Source: an uncultured virus (IMG/VR IMGVR_UViG_3300014205_009245) (lineage: Duplodnaviria > Heunggongvirae > Uroviricota > Caudoviricetes). From it: a stretch of 64,000 nucleotides of DNA. Of this stretch, positions 36,992 to 46,822 are shown one piece after another. The notes under the pieces were generated by a model. That model was not told the DNA's origin. It saw only the letters and a program-made list of their open reading frames with translations, and searched no databases. The DNA is taken from the IMG/VR virus record IMGVR_UViG_3300014205_009245; one strand, given 5' to 3'. Numbering within the stretch: the stretch's first letter is position 1; each line of letters opens with the position of its first letter. Made by a program: the position numbers and the translations under genes.

Positions 36992-37796
36992 TTATTTCCG
37001 CCTTTGCTGCTTCTAGCTCATCTTTGTTGGGGACGGAATTATGCCATTTGGCAACATTTTCCATAAATGATATTCCCTTGCCTTTGATTGTGTTAGCAAC
37101 AATAAATGTTGGTGTTTTAGACCACTTGGAACTATTTAAGGCGATTGTTATCTCTTCTATATTATGCCCATTGATTTCAACAAACCCCCAACCAAAGGAC
37201 GGAAGGACTATAGAAAGATTTTTGAAAAAGGAATCATCGTCTAATGTTTCTGTCACCGAAAGTCTATTACGATCTACAATACATGTGATATTAGAAATAT
37301 TTCGCTGTCCAATAAACATTATTGATTCCCATATAGACCCCTCTGCACATTCCCCATCTCCAACAACCGAAAAAACATGGTAATTTTTATTATCCAATTT
37401 GGAGGCCATGGCCATCCCTGACGCAATGCCCAATGAGTGGCCCAGTGAACCAGTATTCCAATCGACCCCAGGAATACTTATGTCCAACTGACCACCAAGT
37501 CCACCATTCTCTCCATAAGATCGAAATGTTTCATTATTAATAAATCCCAAATCCATTAAAATTGGATAAAGCGCAAGACACGCATGCCCTTTGCTGAGAA
37601 TAAAGCGATCCCGTCCATCCCATTCAGGGTGTTTCGGTTTAATGTTTAAAACACTGTAGTATAAAGATACCAGAATATCAACACACGAGAAAGTCCCTCC
37701 AATATGACCCTTTCCCTTTGAGGCAGTTTCCTCGATTGCCCACAACCTTATATTTTTAGCTTTTTCTATCAGATCAAACACTTTTTCACCATTCAT
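36981..37796 (-). CDS. transketolase-like protein, N-terminal ThDP-binding subunit
   Basis: GHIGGTFS, RDRFILSKGHA, TGSLGH, GDGECAEGSIWE, TIKGKG. Confidence 0.93.
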   Translation of the reverse strand: MNGEKVFDLIEKAKNIRLWAIEETASKGKGHIGGTFSCVDILVSLYYSVLNIKPKHPEWDGRDRFILSKGHACLALYPILMDLGFINNETFRSYGENGGLGGQLDISIPGVDWNTGSLGHSLGIASGMAMASKLDNKNYHVFSVVGDGECAEGSIWESIMFIGQRNISNITCIVDRNRLSVTETLDDDSFFKNLSIVLPSFGWGFVEINGHNIEEITIALNSSKWSKTPTFIVANTIKGKGISFMENVAKWHNSVPNKDELEAAKAEINAN

Positions 37797-39454
37797 GCAT
37801 CAATTATTTTTTGATGATTGTCAGTAATTACTTCCACAAAAACGGGCTTATCATTAGACAACAAAGATATTATACTATCATCCACCATAGAGAAATCGTT
37901 AATCAAGGCATAATCCATATCAAAGGCTTCTGCAACTTTCTTTAGATTCAAAGTTCCAACACCGGTTTTCTCAGCGTCGTCTATCCTGCGACCATCAAAA
38001 TATGTATCTTGCCACTTTTTCATTGAAACATATCCACCATTATTAATTACAAACAATTTAATGTTAAACCCATAATGTGAAATAGTTTTTAACTCTTGTA
38101 TGTTTAACTCAAGGGACCCATCTCCGGTTATCGCGAGTATTTGCTTTGATGGGTCTGCCACAGCAGCACCAATCGCCAAAGGAATGCTAGTTCCCATTGC
38201 AGCAAATGCCCCCGACGTTATCTCCCTTTGTTCTTTATCAAAAGTAAATACTTGACCACCTACGTAATAATTTGACCCAGCGTCAGTCGTGAATATATGT
38301 CTCTTGCCAGAAAGAAAATTTAATCTTGACATAAAATAGTATAAATCAATGGGATTGCCTTCTCGTGTAGGAAAGAAAAATTGCTCCTTCAGATGTTGGC
38401 AATGCTCCACCCAATGAGACCAATCTGGTAAGCCAACATTTAAACGAGATATAATTTCCGGAACAAACTCCTTTAAATCTAAATTTATAGCAGCAGATAG
38501 TTTCACTCCAGGCTTCTTCGTTTCATTCTCATCAATATCAACCATTACAATCTTACAATCTGGAGAGAAGTGCTGAAGCTTCATGCCGACAAACTGGATT
38601 GCCAACCTACATCCAAGAGACAATACAAAATCGGCTTCTTGCATTATTTTTTTGCAGGATGTGGACCCCTTAACACCACCATGCCCCATTATATACTGAG
38701 AAGAATGGGGGAAAATATCCTGACCAAGTCTTGACAAGACTACGGGGAGTTTCAATGTATTTATCAATTCTTTAACTTGAAGTATAGTAGAAGACTGTCT
38801 CACTCCATTCCCGCAAATAATAACGGGCCTTTTTGCGTTCAATAACATTTGAATTACAGAATAAATGTCATTGGGAATGGGTGTTTCTTCGACACTGGGA
38901 ATGAATCCCTCCAATAAATTCTCATCAATCATAGCGCTCTGAACATCAATTGGTATACTCATCCAGACGGGCCCAGGGCGACCAGAGATAGCATAATAAA
39001 GAGATTTTTCAAGGTAATATCGGATTTTTGAAGGATCATCTACCTCTATAGAAAATTTAGTTAAAGATTCGACGACGGGAACTATGTCTATCTCTGCGGT
39101 TCCAAATGTTCTGAACTTAGGAAGATGGGCTGCGCGCGTTGTATGTTGCCTTTCCACTTGCCCGGACAACACCAGTATAGGGGCAGAGTCTACCCACGCC
39201 TCGGCTAGCCCAGGGATTGCGTTCGTCGATCCCGGCCCAGCGGTAACACAAACAACCCCAAGAGACTGCTTAACGCGAGCATATGATTCTGCCATCATTG
39301 GAGCCGCAGCCTCATTTCTACATGCAAAGTGTTTAATACCAGCAATCTCAATAGCATCATTCATATACATTGCCCCATATCCTGTGAGCATAAAAACATC
39401 ACTAATTCCATTTTTAACTAAAAATTGAGCAATATAATCAGATACTCTTTGCAT
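37793..39454 (-). CDS. acetolactate synthase-like ThDP enzyme (YerE-like)
   Basis: RNEAAA, TAGPGSTN, DSAP.L..SGQ, SGRPGPVW, AMG..IP.AIGA, GDGSL..N..EL, NNGGY. Confidence 0.92.
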   Translation of the reverse strand: MQRVSDYIAQFLVKNGISDVFMLTGYGAMYMNDAIEIAGIKHFACRNEAAAPMMAESYARVKQSLGVVCVTAGPGSTNAIPGLAEAWVDSAPILVLSGQVERQHTTRAAHLPKFRTFGTAEIDIVPVVESLTKFSIEVDDPSKIRYYLEKSLYYAISGRPGPVWMSIPIDVQSAMIDENLLEGFIPSVEETPIPNDIYSVIQMLLNAKRPVIICGNGVRQSSTILQVKELINTLKLPVVLSRLGQDIFPHSSQYIMGHGGVKGSTSCKKIMQEADFVLSLGCRLAIQFVGMKLQHFSPDCKIVMVDIDENETKKPGVKLSAAINLDLKEFVPEIISRLNVGLPDWSHWVEHCQHLKEQFFFPTREGNPIDLYYFMSRLNFLSGKRHIFTTDAGSNYYVGGQVFTFDKEQREITSGAFAAMGTSIPLAIGAAVADPSKQILAITGDGSLELNIQELKTISHYGFNIKLFVINNGGYVSMKKWQDTYFDGRRIDDAEKTGVGTLNLKKVAEAFDMDYALINDFSMVDDSIISLLSNDKPVFVEVITDNHQKIIDA

Positions 39455-40494
39455 TAGAATGGCCCTAAAAATTTGTTTTCATAGGATGAGAATACCTCGC
39501 CGGACAAGTCTATCGGATTAAGATTAAAGATTTTTTCAAATGCTCCAATAATTGAAGCAGCATTAGGATAAAATTTATTTTCCAAATTCCTAGCACACGG
39601 GCATGGCGTGTGAGTAAAACCAATGCGATATACCGGAGATTTTAAATAATAGAATGCCTTTTCATTTATTCTGCTAGATAGTTCTGCACTAAATCCACAA
39701 TGGACCCAATCGTCATCAATAACAATGCATCTACCGGTTTTTTTAATAGAATCAATAATCAAACTGTCGTCAAACTCGGACGCAACACATGCGTTGATTA
39801 TTTCTACACTAATATTGTATTTTTCTAATATAGAAGCCGCATGAATAGCTTCTACATTCATCCATGAAGTTGCTACAATTGTTATATCATTACCGTTTCT
39901 CATCAATCTGGGTTTTTCTAGCGATACCGTGTAGCTTTCCTCTGGAACTTCTCCATTTGTATCATATAGCCATCTATGCTCTAATACTATTACAGGATTT
40001 GGGTCCCGAATAGCAGAAATTAACATGCCCTTCGATTCATACGGGGTAACAGGCAAAACAACTTTTATTCCGGGAATGTGGGAAAACATGGATTGCAATG
40101 TCTTACTATGCTGACAGCCTTGCCCCCACCCTCTCCCAATAATAGCTCTTATAACCATAGGAACATTTAGTTTTCCGCCGGAGCAATAATGTGCTATTGA
40201 TGACATATTCACAAGTTGATTCATTGCCAAAAGCAAAAAGTCTACTCGCATATGAATATATATAGGCTTGAGTCCGTTAATAGCGGAGCCTGTTCCGAAC
40301 CCCATTAGGGCGCTTTCTGACAGAGGAACGTCAAAGAATCTATCAGATCCAAATGAGTCTATCCCTTTTACACTACCGAATATTTTTTTATGATCTGGCA
40401 CCCCTATGCCATACACAAAAACTGTAGGATCTATTTCCATTTCAGAGAAAATAGCTTCATTTATGGCTTCTCGATAGGTTATTCTTCTGTCCAT
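39454..40494 (-). CDS. 2-oxoacid dehydrogenase E1 beta-like subunit
   Basis: PLSESA, DFLLLAMNQL, GQGCQHS, PGIKVV.P, DPNPVI.LEHR. Confidence 0.92.
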   Translation of the reverse strand: MDRRITYREAINEAIFSEMEIDPTVFVYGIGVPDHKKIFGSVKGIDSFGSDRFFDVPLSESALMGFGTGSAINGLKPIYIHMRVDFLLLAMNQLVNMSSIAHYCSGGKLNVPMVIRAIIGRGWGQGCQHSKTLQSMFSHIPGIKVVLPVTPYESKGMLISAIRDPNPVIVLEHRWLYDTNGEVPEESYTVSLEKPRLMRNGNDITIVATSWMNVEAIHAASILEKYNISVEIINACVASEFDDSLIIDSIKKTGRCIVIDDDWVHCGFSAELSSRINEKAFYYLKSPVYRIGFTHTPCPCARNLENKFYPNAASIIGAFEKIFNLNPIDLSGEVFSSYENKFLGPF

Positions 40495-41430
40495 CTACAT
40501 CTCTCGCAAAACATTATTTTTTAACTCATCAAACGTAGCAAAATCTGCCCCTTTGGCCAACTGAATACTTTTCTCCACTATATCATCTATTTCACTTTCG
40601 ATTTCATTAGCTCTTTCTTCGGATAACCTAGACCGCAAAATAAGCGCCGGGTCTCTTGCTAGCCAGTTATCAAGTTCTGATCTATCGCGATACCCATCAT
40701 TGTAATCATAATTAACACCGACATGTTCTAGGTATCGGTAATATTTCGCTCTTAGAAAAACTGGCTGATTTTTAGATATATTAATGCATTTTTGAGCTAT
40801 TTCATATATCTCCAAAGCATCTGTTGAATTTGTGCTAAAAACCTTACAATTAAATTTTTCTACTATTTTATCTAAGTTATCATATCCATTTCTATGAGAC
40901 TGAGGAGTATGAACCGCAAAACCATTATCTTCACATACAAAAATGATTGGAATTTTCCAGAGACAAGCCATGTTCAAACTTTCCCAAAAATCACCTTCAT
41001 TTGTTGCTCCATCTCCGAAAAAGACAACTGTTGTTTTATTATTTTTTAGAATTTTATTCGAAAAAGCGCTTCCTACTGCCACCGGAATAGTGCTTGCTAC
41101 GATAGCGGAGGAAATCATATATCCATGATCAGGATCAGATAAATGCATCGACCCCGCTTTGCCCCTTGCTAGCCCGGTCGATTTTCCATATAGTTCTCCA
41201 AAAAATGAGTGAACATCTCCTGTCTTAGATAGATACAAAGCATGACTTCTGTAAGTACCAAATACTTGATCCGATGGAAATAAAGCTGAACAAATTCCAA
41301 CCACAATTGCCTCTTCTCCCTCTGACATGTGCATGGGGGTTTTCATTTCATTTTCTTTGTAATAAGTCTTTATGGCCTTTTCGCAGGCCCTAATCAGATA
41401 AATATCATGATATAATTTTTCTATCAACAT
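40495..41430 (-). CDS. 2-oxoacid dehydrogenase E1 alpha-like subunit (ThDP-binding)
   Basis: GEEAI, YRSH, GKAGSMH, FFGDGATNEG, CEDN, YRYLEHVG. Confidence 0.92.
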   Translation of the reverse strand: MLIEKLYHDIYLIRACEKAIKTYYKENEMKTPMHMSEGEEAIVVGICSALFPSDQVFGTYRSHALYLSKTGDVHSFFGELYGKSTGLARGKAGSMHLSDPDHGYMISSAIVASTIPVAVGSAFSNKILKNNKTTVVFFGDGATNEGDFWESLNMACLWKIPIIFVCEDNGFAVHTPQSHRNGYDNLDKIVEKFNCKVFSTNSTDALEIYEIAQKCINISKNQPVFLRAKYYRYLEHVGVNYDYNDGYRDRSELDNWLARDPALILRSRLSEERANEIESEIDDIVEKSIQLAKGADFATFDELKNNVLREM

Positions 41431-42344
41431 TGATTATCCTTGAACCATTCATAGGTTTTTTGGATGCCATATTCAAAGGAAGTAAAATCATGGAAACCTA
41501 ATTTTTCTACTTTTTCAATAGATACGTCCCTTCGCAGCACTCCATCTGAACCGCCTTTAAATAAAATCTTTCCAGAAAATCCAATTTTTGAAGAAATTAC
41601 AGCAGCAATTTGCTTAATAGAAAGATTCTCAGGCGGTGCAAAATTTATTTCCCCGGTTGGTTTATTCTTCAGGCAGAACATTATAAATTTTGATAAATCG
41701 TCAACAAAAGTCATTTGTCGCAATGCTTTACCCGTGCCCAGCAATTCCACAGCCGGAGAATTAATATTCTCGTGGAATCTTCGCATTAGTGCAGCTACAA
41801 CATGTGATTTGTTTGTCTCAAAACAATCGTATGGACCATACAAATTACTGGAATGAATCACAGTGTATTTCATCGGACTGTTGAATTGCTTATCTAAGCA
41901 TTTAAGCTGAATTGGCATCATTCGCTTTGCATATGCATATCCATAGATACTCTTATCTGGTTCTCCATATTGGGATAATTCCTCAGATATCGGAAAGTTA
42001 TTTATCTCAGGAGAATACACACAAACACTTGACATTGCAACTAGATATTCAATTTTAAATTTAAAACAGGCATTAATGATATTACTATTAATTATAATGT
42101 TCTGATAGAAAAAGTCATAGGGATGCTGTAATTGGTCTGGAATTCCCCCAACCTTTCCCGCAAGATGAATAACTGTTTTAGGATTAAATTTTTTAAACAT
42201 ATTTTCAACTTGATCATAATCCATTAAATCATAATCTTCTCTGCTGGTGTATATTGCATCAATTGCATCAGGCAGGAACTTTTGCAAAGACTTTCCTGCC
42301 ATACCTTTTCCGCCCGTAACTAATATCATACTCGTAATCTCCAA
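41424..42344 (-). CDS. fcl: GDP-L-fucose synthase-like epimerase/reductase
   Basis: TGGKGMAG, HLAGKVGGI, SSVCVY, GYAYAKR, NLYGP.D, SHVVAAL, GTGKALR. Confidence 0.85.
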   Translation of the reverse strand: MEITSMILVTGGKGMAGKSLQKFLPDAIDAIYTSREDYDLMDYDQVENMFKKFNPKTVIHLAGKVGGIPDQLQHPYDFFYQNIIINSNIINACFKFKIEYLVAMSSVCVYSPEINNFPISEELSQYGEPDKSIYGYAYAKRMMPIQLKCLDKQFNSPMKYTVIHSSNLYGPYDCFETNKSHVVAALMRRFHENINSPAVELLGTGKALRQMTFVDDLSKFIMFCLKNKPTGEINFAPPENLSIKQIAAVISSKIGFSGKILFKGGSDGVLRRDVSIEKVEKLGFHDFTSFEYGIQKTYEWFKDNQC

Positions 42345-44419
42345 TAATTTAACATGTCGTTTAACATCTGGTCAATACTAATTTCTGGTTGCCATCCAGT
42401 TTCCTTTTTAAATTTGGAACAATCTGGTATCTGAAGAGTTACATCTGAAGGTCTCAATCTAGATGCGTCTACTTCTATCTTAATATCACCTCGTGTAGAA
42501 AAGCTCATTAACCGATTGAGCATTTCTTTTATAGACATTGTTTCATTCCCGCCGATATTATACACTTCGCCTATTGAACATTTATTTACCATTAACCAAT
42601 ATGCTTTTACAACATCTCGAACATCAGCAAAGGTCCTGATGCTGTCAAGGTTACCAACTTTAATTACTGGTTCTTGCTTGCCTTTCTCTATTTGGGCAAT
42701 TTGTTTGGCAAAATTAGATCCGACAAAAACATCACCTCTTCTTGGGCCACAATGAGTAAACATACGGCTTCGTATAACTTTCAATCCCCATGATAAATAA
42801 TATTGAAATCCTAACATATCCTCACATACTTTTGAAACAGCATACGGAGAGGCCGGCCTGAGCTGACAGCTTTCATTGATAGGCACTTCATCGGGAAGAA
42901 CCTGACCATACACCTCTGAGGATGAGCATACAAGTATGATTGGATCTATTCCGTTTACTCTGGATAATTTAATAGCTTCTAATAAGTTGCATGTGCCCTG
43001 ACAGTTAACATCTAAAGTTGTAACAGGAGCCTGGAAACTGTATGGAACATAAGAGTTATGAATTATAAGATTTCCTACACCTGCTGCGAAAATCTCTGGG
43101 CCTCCGATTGAAATATCATATACATAACCTTCGTATGGCATAGTGGTAATTGTTCTTTTGGTTACTCCTTGCCGTGGCTGATAAAAACCACACTCACGAA
43201 TAAAAAACGCTCCATTCTCATATATTGTATAATCTTTTCCAATAAGGGTTAATAGTAAACACAATTGCGCAGCAAGTTTTCTAGATGACGTAGTATATCT
43301 TAAAATATCATAACGTTGTCTTTCCTCGTAGCAACCGTCACCTTCAGCCAAAACTCTTAGAAAATCAAGCTGTTTCTCTTTCGGCAGACGGAAAATAAAA
43401 TTCGGAATTTGTTTGAATTCGCTTAGTCTTCCACAATATTTTGTTATTATATCATAAAGTAATTCCGATGTAATTGTTAAACTAAAAACATCTTTATAAC
43501 CAGACTTTTTACCAGTACTATATCTACCAGTTATGCCTTCGCTGAAATGCTGCAATTCTTTGTTTCTTTCTGCTAGCCATTCCTTATTTTGATTACTAAT
43601 TGTAACTGTAAAATTTTTTCTTTTTACCCTTGAGTGCGCACATCCCTCCGATATGTAAGCGGCACAAAATCTTGTAAAACTATCAAGTTTTTCTCCCGAC
43701 AAGACAACTGGAATTCTTTTGTTGGGAATATTTGGAATAAAAAAGCAATCTTTGTATTTTTTATACTTTCGTGTAGTTTTGATCCGTACTTCCGTTATCT
43801 CATTTTTATTATAATAATTAATCTTTCTCATAGGCAGGAGTTCTGGATTATCCATCGGAGACGCCAATTGCCCATATTTATCTATTACACAATGATTGGG
43901 GGTAACTTTTATTGATCCAAATTTTTGCTTTAATTCAACAATGTCACCATTATATTTATGTCGTGTAATCTGTTGGATTGGTAACCAATTTCCCATCCCA
44001 GAAAAAAAGCTTATAGCCCGTATCTGTGAGTTTTTTATATTTATTATTTCTGTTTCGATTCCATTATGAACAGTAGATTTAATATTATTTCTTTTTGAGC
44101 ACGTTTTCCAAAGTTCGCCAAAGGTGATTAATTCCATGCTTTTTGATTTTAAAATTGGAATAAATTCATCTTCTGCCACCGACTGCGCAGCCAGATGAAA
44201 AACGAAATCTGGTTTGACATCATTTATAATACCAAATATTGACGGATAATCTGTCAGATCGCCATAGTGTAAATGAATTTCATTCTCAATATGTTTTATG
44301 TTGTCTTTTGGAGACCGCCATCGAGCTAAGCCATGAATTTGCATATCACCCAAAGACAATAAATATTCAGACAAATGGCTGCCTACAAATCCAGTAATTC
44401 CAGTAATCAGTGCGTTCAA
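42326..44419 (-). CDS. gmd: GDP-mannose 4,6-dehydratase-family enzyme interrupted by an intein
   Basis: ITGITGFVG, GDLTD, HLAAQ|S.V..SF, SSSEVYG, SPYAVSK, GNLDS.R; extein is 321 aa. Confidence 0.88.
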   Translation of the reverse strand: MNALITGITGFVGSHLSEYLLSLGDMQIHGLARWRSPKDNIKHIENEIHLHYGDLTDYPSIFGIINDVKPDFVFHLAAQSVAEDEFIPILKSKSMELITFGELWKTCSKRNNIKSTVHNGIETEIINIKNSQIRAISFFSGMGNWLPIQQITRHKYNGDIVELKQKFGSIKVTPNHCVIDKYGQLASPMDNPELLPMRKINYYNKNEITEVRIKTTRKYKKYKDCFFIPNIPNKRIPVVLSGEKLDSFTRFCAAYISEGCAHSRVKRKNFTVTISNQNKEWLAERNKELQHFSEGITGRYSTGKKSGYKDVFSLTITSELLYDIITKYCGRLSEFKQIPNFIFRLPKEKQLDFLRVLAEGDGCYEERQRYDILRYTTSSRKLAAQLCLLLTLIGKDYTIYENGAFFIRECGFYQPRQGVTKRTITTMPYEGYVYDISIGGPEIFAAGVGNLIIHNSYVPYSFQAPVTTLDVNCQGTCNLLEAIKLSRVNGIDPIILVCSSSEVYGQVLPDEVPINESCQLRPASPYAVSKVCEDMLGFQYYLSWGLKVIRSRMFTHCGPRRGDVFVGSNFAKQIAQIEKGKQEPVIKVGNLDSIRTFADVRDVVKAYWLMVNKCSIGEVYNIGGNETMSIKEMLNRLMSFSTRGDIKIEVDASRLRPSDVTLQIPDCSKFKKETGWQPEISIDQMLNDMLNYWRLRV
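43055..44182 (-). mobile_element. intein (376 aa) with LAGLIDADG homing endonuclease
   Basis: Starts SVAEDE, block B VTPNH, LAGLIDADG-like AAYISEG and LAEGDG, block F YVYDI, ends IHN followed by Ser; removal restores HLAAQSYVPYSF. Confidence 0.93.
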
Positions 44420-44422
44420 AGT

Positions 44423-45205
44423 CTACTCCAATATAAAATAAGATATTCTAGAAACAAATGGAACCCTACATAAAGTTATGCTATTTAACCCAAACACCTC
44501 ATCTAGGGCAATTGTTTCGCCAGGAGAATCCTGGTCATTTAGCTCATCAAAAGCTACAACGCTACCTTTAACCAGCTTATCCCTAATAATGGTCAAACAT
44601 TCTTTTGTTGGCTTATATATATCAAAATCAAAATAAGCAAATGATATGATACAATGTTTGTTGTTATCTAGGTATTGTTTGACTGTGTTACAGGCATCGC
44701 CTTTAATGACTTCAAATTTACATACATGGCTCATTGGGTTTAGCTGTTCGTGATGTTGCATAATTGATCGTAAATAATCCACATACCCATCGGCTGTATA
44801 TAGATTTCCTTTCACCATCAAATCGGAGTTTCCGTCTTCAGGAGAGACACCGGGAAACCCACAAAAAGTATCAAACCCAACAATTTTTCGATGACGGTTA
44901 AACGGCTCATAAATACTCCGCAAAGAATTTAAAATAGCCATATTATTTCCCCATCGAGTTCCTAAGTCAAATATTTGTCCTTGAATATTAACAATATGTT
45001 GATAAATATAATTAAAAAATAGCAATCGAGCGAGATTTTTCGATGTAAGGAAAAGTCCTAAATTAGATAAAATTTGATCCTCTGGTATGGGAGATTTTAA
45101 TAACATTCCCGTTAAAACACTGAGTGCACTTTTTTCAGTGTCAGAACAATAGCCTTTTTCACTAACTAGATCCATGCAATTCTCCAATCTTATGAAATTA
45201 TACAT
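44423..45205 (-). CDS. TylF/MycF-family sugar O-methyltransferase-like protein
   Basis: FDLGTRWG, GFDTFCGFP, KGDA, DFDIYKPT, KGSVVAFDELN, PGET.A. Confidence 0.82.
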   Translation of the reverse strand: MYNFIRLENCMDLVSEKGYCSDTEKSALSVLTGMLLKSPIPEDQILSNLGLFLTSKNLARLLFFNYIYQHIVNIQGQIFDLGTRWGNNMAILNSLRSIYEPFNRHRKIVGFDTFCGFPGVSPEDGNSDLMVKGNLYTADGYVDYLRSIMQHHEQLNPMSHVCKFEVIKGDACNTVKQYLDNNKHCIISFAYFDFDIYKPTKECLTIIRDKLVKGSVVAFDELNDQDSPGETIALDEVFGLNSITLCRVPFVSRISYFILE

Positions 45206-46139
45206 CCATCCACTTGTTGGATAATTTAATCTTAATTAAATCATCATGTTTAATTGGATATGAATATTCTTTTCCGGGAAATATTCCGTTTTTTATTTCT
45301 TCGATATATTTAGATATACACATTTCAGCCAGTCTGAGCAAACCATCGGATCTATTTTTTCTGCCTTCCTCCCTAATATTTTCGATTGATAATAAGTATT
45401 TCTGGAAATCGGGAAGAACTTGTGGAACATAGCACTTTGCAAACCAAGGGCGGAATGATTGATAGAATCCCATTATATCATGCATGATAACCAATTGCCC
45501 ATCTACTTCGTTTCCTGCGCCAATGCCATATATCGGCACAGTTAGTCGTCTAGCTATTTGCCCAGCAACTTCTGACGGCATCGCCTCCAGCAAGATAGCA
45601 CATGCACCGGCTTGCTGTAAACAAATGGCATCACTTAGTATCGATTCGAAACTCTCCTTAGTTTTACCTTGAACTCTATATCCCCCAAAAGACGATGTGC
45701 TCTGAGGAGTAAGCCCCAAATGCCCGAAAACCAATATCCCAGCATTAACAATACTTTGAACTTTATCGGCAACTCGCTCGCCGCCTTCAAGTTTGATAGA
45801 ATCAGACCTAGATTCTTTAATAAAACGAATAGCATTTCTTACGGCATCCTCTGTGGAAATTTCATATGATCCTTGCGGCATATCTCCGACTATAAACGTA
45901 TTTGTAGCGCCTCGACGAGCAGCTGACGCCAACAATATCATCTCGTCCATCGTTACTGGGTTTGTGGTTTCATATCCTAATTGTACCATCCCGCCAGAAT
46001 CCCCGACTAAAATCATATCAATTCCGGCTCGCTGAGCAGCAAAAGCGAACGGAAGATCATAGGCTGTTATCCAAGAAATAGGGATAGAGTTTTTTTTACT
46101 ATCATTCATTTCTATAACTGTTAATTTATTATCTCTCAT
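45198..46139 (-). CDS. panB: 3-methyl-2-oxobutanoate hydroxymethyltransferase homologue
   Basis: TAYD, ILVGDSG, VGDMP.GSY, KLEGG, GHLGLTPQ, GIGAG..DGQ. Confidence 0.92.
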   Translation of the reverse strand: MRDNKLTVIEMNDSKKNSIPISWITAYDLPFAFAAQRAGIDMILVGDSGGMVQLGYETTNPVTMDEMILLASAARRGATNTFIVGDMPQGSYEISTEDAVRNAIRFIKESRSDSIKLEGGERVADKVQSIVNAGILVFGHLGLTPQSTSSFGGYRVQGKTKESFESILSDAICLQQAGACAILLEAMPSEVAGQIARRLTVPIYGIGAGNEVDGQLVIMHDIMGFYQSFRPWFAKCYVPQVLPDFQKYLLSIENIREEGRKNRSDGLLRLAEMCISKYIEEIKNGIFPGKEYSYPIKHDDLIKIKLSNKWMDV

Positions 46140-46822
46140 TTTATACCTTTTGGTACCTTTTGGTAAGATATTCCTACAAAATATGATTTTTCAAATAATT
46201 CACATAATTTTTTGGATTTTGCAATATCTTCCTTAATATAATTGTTTAAAAAATCAAAGTTGTGATCTATTTCTGTAAATATCAATTCATTATTTATTAT
46301 AAATTTTTTTGCATTAATAGCAAATGCATTTCGCACTTTAGAATTCGGTTCGCAATCGTGACAACCTACCGCCAAAATTCTATCGCTAAATTTATGCAGC
46401 ATTCTAAAAACAGATTTAATACCCAACGATGACTTGGGGCCATCCATAATAATCACAGTAGTCCCGGAGTCTTTGCTTAATACTCCATTAAATCCCTCAG
46501 TGCTGTCCATAATGGAGTAAACTGTCTGATATGGACGTAATTTTTGTCGAACAAACCTTTCATGTCTATTGTCTATATCAAAAGCATAATGTTTAGGAAT
46601 ATTATAGTATTTCTGAGCCCTAGCAATAATTTCTGTGCTACGTCCTTTGGACACTCCGGATTCCAAAATAATATCTGGCTCAAAAAAAGCAATTAAAGAC
46701 CACCAATAAAATGCTTCAATATTGAGTATTCCTTTTTCAACATACGGAATTCTATTCGATCCTTCACAGCAACATTTTATGAAATCGGGTATAAATTCTT
46801 TGCATTTCTGAGTAAAAATCAC
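46136..46822 (-). CDS. putative methyltransferase-fold protein
   Basis: ILESGVSKGRST, AFD, MDGPK, HD resemble Methyltransf_24-like motifs. Confidence 0.55.
   Translation of the reverse strand: MIFTQKCKEFIPDFIKCCCEGSNRIPYVEKGILNIEAFYWWSLIAFFEPDIILESGVSKGRSTEIIARAQKYYNIPKHYAFDIDNRHERFVRQKLRPYQTVYSIMDSTEGFNGVLSKDSGTTVIIMDGPKSSLGIKSVFRMLHKFSDRILAVGCHDCEPNSKVRNAFAINAKKFIINNELIFTEIDHNFDFLNNYIKEDIAKSKKLCELFEKSYFVGISYQKVPKGIK

Noticed and set aside
839..41430. Possible TAG stop-codon reassignment (in-frame continuations after TAG at 1142, 9833 and 40495)
   Set aside because: ThyX and E1-alpha end at family-typical lengths, conserved genes are not fragmented by TAG, and no suppressor tRNA is visible; standard code 11 fits
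36062..41430. Housekeeping pyruvate dehydrogenase, AHAS and pentose-phosphate transketolase
   Set aside because: No E2/E3, ilvN/ilvC or other central-metabolism genes; the context is entirely NDP-sugar biosynthesis
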